Shown here: positions 1 to 11,138 of the stretch, piece by piece
Layout: the number at the start of each line of letters is the position of its first letter
Position numbering within the stretch: position 1 is the first letter of the stretch
Source of the DNA: Reclinomonas americana ATCC 50394
Lineage: Eukaryota
Direction: 5' to 3'
Assembly: GCA_048213135.1 (NCBI GenBank)
Contig: PS015129.1
Location: 121,898-185,897 of the forward strand
Length of the DNA stretch: 64,000 nt
The notes under the pieces: generated by a model
What the model was told of the DNA's origin: nothing
Databases searched by the model: none
The model's input: only the letters and a program-made list of their open reading frames with translations
Translations under genes and position numbers: made by a program

Positions 1-45
1 AGAGAGAGAGAGAGAGAGAGAAGAGAGAAGAGAGAGAAAAGAGAG
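1..45. repeat. (AG)n-rich microsatellite
   Basis: Imperfect AG repeat at the window start. Confidence 0.9.
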
Positions 46-376
46 TTGCGCACCGACAGCCATCATGTGAACGGGTACGGTTGTGCAGAGTGCCACGTGG
101 GCACACACGAGAAGGAGAGTGAGCGCGATCGCCACTCTCATTGCTTCTTTTCGATACGATGCTGGTGGTTGACGGATGACGAGAGGACACTCGACGTACA
201 CCACTTGCTTGCTTCATTGCGCATTCATGAGTGGGGAGAGATTGTAAAGAGATTGTTTTCCAGCTGCTTGAGACACGCACGTGCACATTAATGTCTGCCA
301 GCACGCGACGAGCATCGCACAGACGGAAAGAGAATAAGAGGAGAAAATTAATCAACAAAGGGTAGGGGGTGTGTGT

Positions 377-3300
377 TCATCGAACACGAGAGCGTTTTCG
401 AGCCGGTTGGTCCGGCGAGGAGTGGCCATTGGTTGAGGGAGGTGTTGGGGCCGGTGAGAGTGGTCGTTTGCGACCTGAGCGCGTCGTGGGAGTCGAGCGT
501 ATCGACGGTTCAGGAGTGACAGCACCGCCATCCGCCTGCTGCTTTGACAACGCCAGTGCAGTGGCCATGTCGGCGTCGGCCGAGGAGAGAGCGGCGAGGA
601 GGTCGGCCGGCAGCGATTCGCCCTTCTTTGTCGCCCGACTCAGAACCCTGGACAGCTCATGCTTGTCAGCAACTGCTCTTATGCACAGCGCTCTCACAAA
701 TCACACACCTCTCCAGTGGCACATGTCGCGAATACTGTACAAGTTCGTGAGCCGACGCGGTGCCGGCGGCAGCGGCGCCTGAAAACGACACCGACGAGCG
801 TGTGGAACGGCGCACGCCATAGTCCAATTGCGACGACGGCAGCAGGCGATCCGGAGTCGGAGGCCTACACATCGCCCATCAGGCAACTGCACGCGGACAG
901 TGAAAACAAAGAAACCACAACTTTCTCTCACCTGCTGCGTGGTTGTGCGGGTATCGTTGGCGTGGACTGATTGGCTGCGGACCGCCTGGTGGTCCTGCTC
1001 TGTCTCCGCCCATCTTCACCTTCAGCGGACGACGCAACAATCACCTCCTCGACCTCGTCTTCATCCTCGCCAGCGGAGTCATGTTCCACGGCGGGAGACG
1101 GCGCCGCCGCAGTGGGAATGATAATACGGCGAGCCCGTACACGTCCACGGGACGCCGCGGGCGGTGGAGACGACTCGCCACCCGACGACGAATCCTCGAC
1201 AATGCCAACCACCGGCTTTCGTCGCGAGCTGCTGCCGCTGCTGCTGCCACCGCCGGCGAGTGCCGAAGATGAAGAAGGTGGTGGACGCGGTGCGACAGGA
1301 GTGCGACGCGTGTTGCGACCACGCGCACTCTTCGGTTCGACTTCGTCCTCCAGCACCACCACTTCCACTACTTCTTCCGCCTCCTCCTCCTCATCCTCCT
1401 CTTCCTCGCCATCGTCGTCTTTGTCGACACGGTCGACACCATTTTCCTTTCTTGCCGCGGGGACTGTCCTCTTGGCCCGCGCGACTGTGCCGTCCACCTC
1501 CATGGCTGTCACCGTGGCGGCCGCTGCGGCGGCACCGGCAGCGACAGTGGTATCCGCAATGCCATTGGCCGTCGCGGGTTCCACCGACTGCGCCACTGCT
1601 CCTGGTGGGGCGACTGACCCAGCAACGCGCGCCGGTTGTGATCGTCGTCCTGGTGTTTCCAGAAGAGGTGGGGGTGGGGGTGGAGGTGGTGGCGATGCTG
1701 CTGGTCGCGGCGGTGGTGGTGGTGAGTGTGACTGTGGCTGTTGAGTGCTTGCGAGGTACGCTTGCGGTAGTGGTAATGAGTACGACTCGGCATCGTCATC
1801 CAGCATCGACAGCGGCGGAAGCGGTGGAAGCGAGTCGAGATCAAACGACGACATGGGCGACAGATCGGCCAGCGTCGATCGCGCGCCTGCGGCGTTCTGA
1901 TCCTGGGCTCGCGCACGTGCTGGAAGCGCGACAGGCGTGAGCGAAAACGCAATGGAGACACTGAAAGATGACGAAAGAGCACTGACAGACTGACTGACCG
2001 GCTGTTGCACACTCGGGACACTGCCACGAGTGCATGGGGTGTGCCACTGAACGCCAGTAGTGGAACGCGCCTCGGCCGTACAATTCATCGACGCACTCGC
2101 GACAAAAGCCAATGCCACACGAGGTGGTAAAGTAGCGGCACAACAGCAGATCGCGGTGCCACAAGCCCTGACACCGGTAGCAGGCGTGCGGATCAAAGGA
2201 GCGGCTACTTGGCTTGCTCAGGCGGACGCACAGCAGAGTCTGCGGCAGGAGTGTCACAATGAGGTAGATGCGCCAAGAATTACGAAATGCCCTTTTTCCA
2301 CGCACCTCCAGCGGCACTGCGGTACCCGGGCGCAGCTGCAGTCGCAAGTTGTCCAGCACCTCGAACTGCGTTTCGTGCGGCAGCGACGAGACCAGGTGGT
2401 GATCACCCGCGTCCACTTCGGTCACACGGGCTGGTGCGGCCGTTGTGGTTGTTGTCGTCGTCGTCGTCGTTGTCGTTGACGTGGAAGAGGAGGACGAGGA
2501 GGAGGCAGCGCCGGCTCGTGCTGGTGTCGACGCTCCTTTCCGTTGACGGCCACGTTTCCGTCCAGCAGGCGTTGCTGTTGCTGTGGTGGTTGTCGTCGTC
2601 GTCGTTGTCGTCGATGACGATGATGCGGCGTTTGCCTGCGCGTCGGGCGGATCGGGAGAGAACACACGCCGTGGGTGCACCACCGAGAACAGTGGAGGTG
2701 GATGTCGGAAATGAGGTGGAATGGACTGTCCGCGTGATGGCAGACCGACTCGTCTCCTCCTGGTCAGCAGGTCGCGATTCGAGTTGGGAAAGGTGCCGAG
2801 GGTGGTCTTCGAAGGATCCACGTTGATGAGGGGCGGCAAGTCAGCCTCCGCCGTCGTCACCCGGGTTCCGGCGGGTGCGTACTCGGGCAAGTCGGGAGTC
2901 GGTGGTCGAGGTGGTCGCGGCGCCTTGCCCGTGTGGTGACGCGGTCGCGAAACACGTGATTCGGAAGCCGCTGCTGCTCGACTGCGTGGGAGGAGTGTGT
3001 GAGTGACCGGAAAGGGAGAAAGAGCGACAGAGGGAGGGCGACCAACCTCGCATCGTCAAAACCAGGTAGAGAGGCGGGGAGCACGGCCAGCGCATCACCG
3101 CCTTGGTACGCGTCGGGCAGCATCAGCGCACCCATCGATTGCGACACATCCAACGCGCCAGCGCCGACACCTGCGCCACTCACTGGTCTCTTGACTGAAC
3201 CGGTCTGCGATGAGGCCGAGGCGGCGGCCGATGCCAACACGGTGGATCGGAGACGGCCCCCGGCCTGCGCCGCTCGCTTTTGGCGCGGTACGTGATACAT

Positions 3301-4267
3301 GCCAGACACTGGATCCAATGTCGATTCGTTGAACTGCTCGAGGCCTCGGCCGCCGGGAAACACCACCTCCATGTGACGCTTGACTCGGTCGTTGAAGTCG
3401 GGTTCCACACACTTGGGGTGGCAAATGCGGGCCTGCGGGGAGGGGGCGAAAAAAGGTGAGAGTGCAATCAATGGAGGAAAGAATTGTAAGACAAGTCGAC
3501 ACGGACCAGCTCATTCAGCGACTCGGTGCGCTGATGCAGATGCTGCGCCGATGTCGGTGGTCCAATGCGATCGGAGAGATGTCTCGTTAGCTTCTGCACC
3601 ACCGCATACCGCTCCTCCACCTCGGGATACGAGCAGTAGCCGCGGCCGCGGAAAAACCGGTCATACTTCTCCGACGACTGCAACAACCTCTCCAGCTGGT
3701 TCTGCAAGTGCCTCTGTATGTATGTGAGCATACGACGCGGTGAGTAAAACGAGCGCACAGGAAGGGAGGGGGGTGCGTTTCGCAACTCTCTTGTTTCGCA
3801 GACACGAGCTGAAATACGGACAACGGCCTTGACAATGAAAACACTCCCAGTCGTGCGCGTCCGACGCCTTGCGCACGGCATTCACATCCTCAAACATCCG
3901 CTCCACACAAGGCGCACAGTATGTGCGTCGGCAACCGTCGGGATCACTCGTGCGTCTGTGTGATTTTTTCTTTGTGAGGACCAAATGAAAATTCGCCTGG
4001 GGGAATGCATCCATTCCGTGTTTGCATCAATGCACACACATACACACAACACACGCGCGCTCTCACGCACACTCGCCCGCTGTGTGTGACACACACACAC
4101 GTGCGGGCACACACTCTCTCGTGTGTGTGTGTGCGCGCGCGAAAAAACATTTGTGTGTGTGTTTGTGTTTGTGAGGGAGAACGCAACGAGCAGCGAAAGA
4201 TGCCGACGTGAAGAACGCCACACACGTGGCATTGACCGGCACCACTTGAAGCATTACGCCGTGACAT
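377..4267 (-). CDS. Multi-exon nuclear/chromatin protein: zf-4CXXC_R1-like finger, ADD/PHD-like finger, AT-hook-like and UIM-like motifs
   Basis: ATG 4267. Finger 1: CHVC...CRRTYCAPCVERMF...WECFHCQGRCPYFSSC. Finger 2: CYRC...LLLC...CGIGFCRECVDELYGRGA...WQCPEC. Also RKRGRQRK, acidic/Pro-rich tracts, DADMATALALSKQQ and C-terminal RKRP/RKRSR NLS-like motifs. The junctions checked join in phase through GT-AG introns; not all were verified. Confidence 0.7.
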
Positions 4268-4360
4268 TGGCGCAGAAAGTCACGTGCGCGCGCACACACA
4301 GAGACACACAGACCACACCGCAAAAGCGTTGGAGGGGCGAGTGTGTCAATTGCGCGCCAA

Positions 4361-4508
4361 AATGTGACTCGGGACAAACGCGCGCGAGTCACATTGGACT
4401 ACTTCGCCTTCGAGACTCGAAGCTTCGCCATGTGAAACCGCTTTCGGGTTTCATTCGATTATATGCGAGCTCACCATCAGTGTATGAGAGCTGCGTGCGT
4501 GTTGGTCC
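4361..4508. other. Hairpin-dense intergenic segment (candidate structured RNA or regulatory element)
   Basis: Inverted repeat AATGTGACTCG 4361-4371 / CGAGTCACATT 4385-4395. Hairpins at 4408-4422, 4433-4453 and about 4462-4497, closable by GGACTA 4396 / TGGTCC 4503-4508. Confidence 0.35.
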
Positions 4509-4517
4509 TCTGGTTCC

Positions 4518-5229
4518 TCACAGAGGGAACCAAACCGTGCCGATGAAAATCCACTTGGCGAGCTCACCCGGCTTCACCTGCACGCCCTGCAGTCCGTACG
4601 GGAACGTAGATGGGTCGGGGTTCAGCGTCATGGTGTCTTGCGGTGCGAACGAGGCGTTGAAGATGAAGAGGAATTCGCCGCTGGCTGCGTCCGCCGGCAT
4701 CAGCAGGTTCGCAGTGAGACCGGCAAACGTCGGCTCCAGGATCACCAGGCTGGCCGTCACTGGCACCGACGCGTCACCCGGGGCACCGGTATTGATGGTC
4801 TGCGACCGGACGGCCAAGCGGTTCGAATTCGTGGCCAATATCGATATCGCATGAGATCGCCGGCGTCTGCCTGCGATTCCCTTCGACCCTCGTGCCCTTC
4901 ACTGCAGCTTGCATTGACTTAGCCGTGCCGCCAAAGTCTGTTGGCCGCAGCGCACAGCTGTGCCCCGTGTTGCGTTTCGGACAATCGCTCATCGGCTGCC
5001 GACGCGAGCACACTCGACGTTGTGTGTGGTGATTCGCGATGGGTGCAGGCGCTTGTGCAGCGCACGCTGTCGACGACCGTCGTGACGGCGACGGTGACGA
5101 CGACGACGGTGGTGGTGGTGACCACGATGGTCGCGGTGCGAGTGGTGGGCGTCGTCAATCCCTGCGGCCAACAGTCATGGTGGAGAGTGTGTTGGGATCG
5201 CCGATGGAACGAGCGACATCGTCGGCCAT
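4518..5229 (-). CDS. Hypothetical protein (His/Arg-rich N-terminal exon plus beta-rich C-terminal exon)
   Basis: Exon 4518-4838 has coding-like codon usage (...LVILEPTFAGLTANLLMP...KWIFIGTVWFPL*). An upstream HHHHRRRR exon and ATG 5229 are inferred; the intron structure between them is unresolved. Confidence 0.35.
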
Positions 5230-5257
5230 GTGGGTGACGGCGGTGGCAGAGGATCAG

Positions 5258-6461
5258 ATGGCCACCATACAGCAGCAGCTGGAGATGCCGGCGGAGGCAG
5301 AGCTGAGAGGGAGACCTGTGTTGGTTCCGATTCTGAGGTGATTGATCTCCTCTCTCTCTCCCTCTCCTCATCCACCCTGCTGTTGATCGCTCATCACCCT
5401 CGCCGCCACTACCTCTACCACAGCTTCGCGGAGGCCGAGGAGCGAGTGCGTCACGATCGGGTCAGTGATGATTGTGTTCGATTATAATTCAATCACCCCT
5501 CGCGCGTGCTGATGTGTGCGTGTTGTCTTGTGCTGCAGACGCGAGTGGCGCGACTGCAGGACATGTTTCAGCAGCTGGCGCGCTTTGCTGCCAACGACGA
5601 ATACGTTGCGTGAATGTGGTGGTGCAGAGCTTGACGAGAGTTGCCGACTGACTCTGTTAACGCACAGTTCACGGTGGACGCCTACTGGACGAGTGTGACG
5701 GCGCGCATCGGGCAGCTGTCGCGGGCGGCCAAGTACGCCGTGTGGCGTGTGTTTGACGTGCTGTGCGTTGGCCTTTTGCGTCGTTTCTCTTTCTTTCCCG
5801 TCCCTTGCATGACCACCGTGCGTCCACAGCGATGCCGACAACACGGGCTTTGTGGAGTACGAGGAGTTCATGTGTGGAATGGTGCCGTTGTGCGATGTCG
5901 GCAGCACGGTCGAGAAGCACACGTTTGTGTTTCGTTTGTTTGACGCATCGTTGCGCGCAAGACAGTGCACCTATCCCAAGAACCGCGTCGATGCTGATGC
6001 GAAGAAGTGTGTGTACACAGACGCAGTGGATTTGTGCATCGCTCCGATGTGCGGCGTGTGCTCGAGGCCTTCTCCGCACTCGGCATGTGCGAGGCGGGGT
6101 TCGCACCGCGCGACCGCGTGCAACTGCGAAGGCACATTGGACCGCGGTTAGATGTGTTCGCCAACCAGATATTCGCGGCCTACGACAAGGATGGCGACAG
6201 CGCGATCAGCTACAATCAGTGGATGGACATGCTGCAGCATCCCGACAGCAACGTCAACCGCTGGATCGATGTTCTTGCAGTTGTGTGTGGCGGAGAAGAG
6301 AGAACCACAACGTGCGCCGCCTGTCTGTCTCCCCCACACTCTTCTCCTCGCACAGCGCGCCTTCCCCTCTGTCGACAATCGTGAGGTACCGCCAGCCAAC
6401 GACGCCCCCACATCTTGTCTCCAACAATAATGATGATGATGAAACAAAAAAACATGATTGA
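5258..6461 (+). CDS. EF-hand calcium-binding protein (calcineurin B/NCS-like)
   Basis: Spliced EF loops DADNTGFVEYEE, DASRSGFVHRSD and DKDGDSAISYNQ, with the FVFRLFD motif. The start could also be ATG 5177 or 5228. Confidence 0.85.
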
Positions 6462-6470
6462 CTTCACTCT

Positions 6471-7372
6471 CTACCGCACGTGCCGTGCACGCAAGTGCTC
6501 ACTCTCCACCATCTCTGTCTCGTCGGCCAGCGCTCTTGGCAACGGGCCCGACTCACCCTCGTACGAGGGTAGCGATGCGTAGCCGCGCTGCGACACGGCT
6601 GCGCCTGGCGGTCGCCCAAAGATGCTGTAATACGCATGCAGCAGGACCGCCACCAACGCCACGCCGGCGCGAACCCACGAGTGGGCGTAGCAATTGACCT
6701 ATTGATTGCTGGTGGTGAGCAACGCAATTAGCACAGCGCGGGGCTTGCGTTGACAGACCTTGTACTCGTCACAGTAGTTCCAGTGTATATCCGAGATCGA
6801 AAAGTGCAAGCAGAGGAACACAAAGAACAGCGCATCGGTCAACCACGGCAACGACGAGCGCGCCAGTCTCGCTCCCGCCACTGCCATCAGGAACAGCACC
6901 GAGGAAAACGACACAAACAGTCCTCTGCACACAAACTGACACCGTCAGCAAGCTGCTGAATGCACCGACAAGAGCACGCACACGCAACAGCATCTTGAAG
7001 ACAGCATACACCGCGAGGCGATAGACACCGCCATTGTTGACGTCAAAGCGCATGGGCGCAAACGGCGTGTGCATTCCCATTAGCAGATGAGGTTGCGCGC
7101 TGAACATCAATTGAAAGCCCTGCATGAGGACATCAACAACTGCACACACACTCGCACATGGGCGCGCAGCGTAGACTCACCAGCACCAAGTCGTGCACAG
7201 ATACCGCAATGACCAGCATCAGTGCGATGCCTCCAGTGGAGGCCCACGGAACCACTGCATCGCCACTGTCGCACAATGCAGCAGTGGCAGCGGTGCCAGC
7301 GACAGGTGCACCTCCACTACTGTTGCTGCTGTTGCCATTGTTGTTCTGAGCGGCGATGTCGCCGCTCGACAT
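6471..7372 (-). CDS. Multi-pass membrane protein of unknown function
   Basis: ATG 7372 (MSSGDIAAQNNN). Several hydrophobic exons (GGIALMLVIAVSV, GLFVSFSSVLFLMAVAG, ALFFVFLCLHF, GVALVAVLLHAYY). Stop TAG at 6471. Confidence 0.65.
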
Positions 7373-7431
7373 TGACAACGAAGAGAGACGGAGGGACAGG
7401 ACATTCTTTGGCAACATAACGAAATAACAAC

Positions 7432-10400
7432 ATGGACGCGGAAGACTTCCGCATCGGCACTGTTGGTGGTGGTGGTGGTGGTGGACGAGGTGGTGGCAAC
7501 TGGCGTGGCGGTCGACGAGGAGCACGAGGTATGCATGCAGTTGCCTTGTGATCGTGCGCGTATGTGCAAATCACGCTGTTGTGCCTCGTGCAGGTTCACC
7601 GCGTGGACGCGTGCACAGTTGCGCTGCGCTCTTTTCATCGCCCTCCACTGCTGCGCAAGTATGCTGATTGTGCGATACGGCAGGTCCGGGGCGCGGACGA
7701 GGCCGGGGCGGCGGCGGCTATTCGCGGACCCCGCCCACTACGCGATACAAGCGACGACACGGTTTGTGTGTATGCGGGTCCACTAGCCGACTGGTGTGAC
7801 TCCTCTTGTGTGTAGTCACGTGCCGCGCCACAGGAAAACCCGAAGACGAGAGTCGTCTCGTGCAGCTGCTACCGTGCGAAGCTACTGGCGGCGATTCTGC
7901 GACGGCGGCCTCGCAGTGCTTCCACGTCAAGTGCGCCCATCGCACGTGGCGCGACTCTGATGTGGTGCGCTTCTGCGAGGAGCAACTGGAGTCGGCGCTG
8001 TTGCGCATGGCCACGGAGGCGGGGCTGGCGGAGATTTGCATCGAACAGGTTTGTGCATGTCGCAGCGTGCTCTCGCTCCAGTTCGCTGGTTCATCGCCAA
8101 CTGTGCACCGCAGCTTCGCTTCGAGTTCAACTCGTGTGGCGGAGGCGGTCTGTTGGCCATTCGCGATGCGTTGGCTCGAGTTGGCATGGTGATGCCGGTG
8201 CATGTGGTCAACATGTGGTGCGTTCGTTGTCACGAGTTGTTCGCGGCGATGGATCGTTGTTGAGAATCGCTGCGTGCAAATGTGCAGGTTCCACACGAAT
8301 GCCATTGACGAGGCGGGTGCTGTGGGGCCGATGTGCGACATGGTGTGTCGTTTGTGCCCACAGTGTTTTCTGTTTTTTTTTTGCTCATCTCCTCTTCCGC
8401 TGTTGCCCAGATTCGGACGTATCGCCCGGTGCGTGGCGCAGTTGTGAGTGTGGCTTGTGTGCTTCGCGTGTACTGATGGTGTGGGGCTCGCAGGAGGAGG
8501 TACATCTGTCGCACAACTCGGTGACCACGGTTGGTGCGCTGGCGATTGTGGATGCGGTGGCAGATGTGGCCGACGCTGGTGGCTATCCATATGTGGCACA
8601 CGGTCGTGTCGGCAGCTCGCCGCGCAAGGTAAGCCGACGATGACAGAAACGAGTCGACACCTGATCTTCTCACCTCTAAGTGATGCAGCCTCTGTGGCTA
8701 CGCATGGAGGGCAACGTCATCTCCGACGTGCAACTCCTCCGACGGCAACTCGACGCGCGAGGTGTGGTGTATCTCTTCGGTGACCGGTTCGTTGCGCTCA
8801 AAAACTGCGCAGCGTGGTTCCTCGTCGCTCACACGTGTTGCTGCAGGGTGGGCAGCTCGGAGAGTGATGGCGGCAAGCGCAACTGCGTGGTCAAGCTGCC
8901 GTACATTACGACGCAGTACGACGCCACTCTGCTGGCACCGACATGCGGCAACTTTCGCGAAATGGCCGGGCATGTTGCGCTTATCTGCGTGCACGCATTG
9001 TGTTCGCCTGTTCTCTCGCTGCTTCTTACTTTGCTTGTCATCCATGCAGACTGGAGCTGCCGCTGCTGCCGCACCCTCCGGCAGCGGTTCGGGGACAGGT
9101 GCAGTTGGTTCCGCTGACGATGCGGGAGATGTGCCGTGTGCCGCCGCAGCGTGTCTCCAGTCGGATGAAATCGATCGCATCCTCAAGCGCGAGTTGCGCT
9201 CCTTCAGTGTGCTGGAAAAGATGAAGGGCGACCATCGATGCTCAATCGCGCACCTCTCAGACTCGGCACTCCGACGCTGGCACGCACGCTCCCCGACGTG
9301 CATGGAACCGTGCTGTTTTTCCTCGAGTTCTGTCGGGTGTCTCGTGTTGCCTCGCCTTCGTCGGCACTCACCGTTGTGCACGTGCAGTACGTCGGCTCTG
9401 GTGTGGATGGGTCTGCCAGCGAATGCCAAGTCACCACTCTCGCTGCCGTCGCTAATCGATCGTGTGAGGCGCGGCCTGCTGAACAGTTGAGTGGCCGAGT
9501 GGCGGTCTGCGCAGTTGTGTTGTCGGCACTGACTTCGAATACACGTCGCAGCGCCGAGAGACGAGAACGACAAGGTTGTTCTGTGCGCTTGTCACACGGC
9601 ACTGGTGGAACTCGACGGCGTGTGCAAGAAAGAAGAGTGCGGCTGGGGCAATGGGCTCTTCCTCTTTGTGTTCTCACTCGTAATATATCTGTCGTGTGTC
9701 GCAGGCACATTGATGGCAAGGCTGTGCATCGGCAGGTGCAGGCGGCTGCCGAAATCGGTCTGTTGCGCATCCTCGGCCGCGATCAGGGCGAGCAGATCCT
9801 GCATCACCTCAACAAGCATCTGGCGCGCAACGACGACATCATCTGTTGCGTTGTGCAGTGCGAGTTGTTGGTGTTCCAGTCGCCCTCGTTGACTGGTGTG
9901 CAGGCGAGGTGGCTCGGCTGTACTCTGTCCGTTGGCCTGGGCACGGTAATGTGGCTGTCGATCGCGTTGCTGATGTGTGTGTTTACGATCGCTCAACTGC
10001 TGTCTCTGCCACGCACAGTGTGTCTTGTGGGATCGGTGAGCGCAGTTCTTGCTTGCCTGTCTGCTTGCTGTGACTTGCGAGTTGCCGATGTTGACGATAA
10101 TGATCGTGTAGGACCTCAACATGCAGTCCTCGGCTGGCTCCGGCTCGACGCCGCTGCCGTGGGTGTCCTTCCGGCACAACTCGCAGCTGTTCACCAAGGT
10201 TGCGACGCATGCGCTGTGAGTCTTTACTTTGGTGTGCACGCTCATTTGCCAGTCGTCTTTCTGTTGCAGTTTGCCAAAGACGCCTGGAGCGCCACGTGGT
10301 TCCGTCGCGTGTTGCCAGGTGCGCCGTCTGCGGTGTATTGTGGTTACCCGTGTATCACTGCCTCTCTCACGTGCATATTCTGTCGCAGTGTCGTCGAGTG

Positions 10401-10991
10401 CGAGTGCGAATCGGTCGCCTTCGGTGCGCGGCACTGTGCGCCGTGCTGACGATTTGATGGGCTCACCTGAGGTACGATGCAGACGGGCGGGTGGTGTTGC
10501 TATTTGAAAAGTAACCTGATTTTGTTTGTTGAAGAGTGCCGTCGGCGCCAGCGCTGCGGCATTGGCCACCACCGACTTGGTTGCCGACTTGTGCGGCAGA
10601 GCGTTGCAGGAGGCGGTGGCGTTGCGTATCCTTCCTTTGTTTGTCAATCGTCGCTCCTCCATAACATGCCCACCAATGCAGTGCTCTGTGTCTGTGCCAC
10701 TCGATGCACGAGGAGGCGACGGATCCACCACGTCTGCACCACTCGCTCAGCGAGCAGCAGGAGCACTTGCGACGCGTCGTGGACATGCTGGAGGCTGCGG
10801 TGGGGACGGTGACGGCACTGGGTCTGGAGGTGCCCTCACAAGCCGCCAGCACGTTGGTGGAGCGAGAGGCAGAGGATGAAGAGGAAGAGGAAGAGGAGGA
10901 AGAGGAAGATGAGTTGGACGAAGAGGACGGTCCCGAGGGGGAAGGGGGAGAGCGGGGAGACGAGGTTGATCCTGTCCGTGAAACCACGTGA
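7432..10991 (+). CDS. RGG-box + LRR-like + PIN-domain putative ribonuclease with acidic tail
   Basis: N-terminal GGRGGGNWRGGRRGARG. LRR-like EVHLSHNSVTTVGALAI...PLWLRMEGNVI. Spliced PIN motifs LFFLDTSALV, ALVELDG, NDDII and CLVGSDLNM. C-terminal poly-Glu; stop at 10991. Confidence 0.75.
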
Positions 10992-11138
10992 ATCTAACAA
11001 CACGCGCACTTCACTCTTTGCATCCATGAGACACCGCCACGGCGTGTGAACAGCATGGTATTTTCAAGCAGGGACAGAGAGAGGATGAGAAGAAGAGAGA
11101 GAGAGAGAGTGAGCGTGTGCTGACCACCGATCGGGTCT

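Noticed and set aside
4396-4508. Hammerhead or HDV-like ribozyme
   Set aside because: No intact CUGAnGA/GAAA core. GCGAA follows a hairpin on the - strand, but the P1/P3 pseudoknot elements are absent.
4838-4991. In-frame TGA codons upstream of the 4518 ORF as selenocysteine or readthrough
   Set aside because: More simply explained by introns. The downstream hairpins do not fit SECIS spacing, and all three stop codons are used normally elsewhere.
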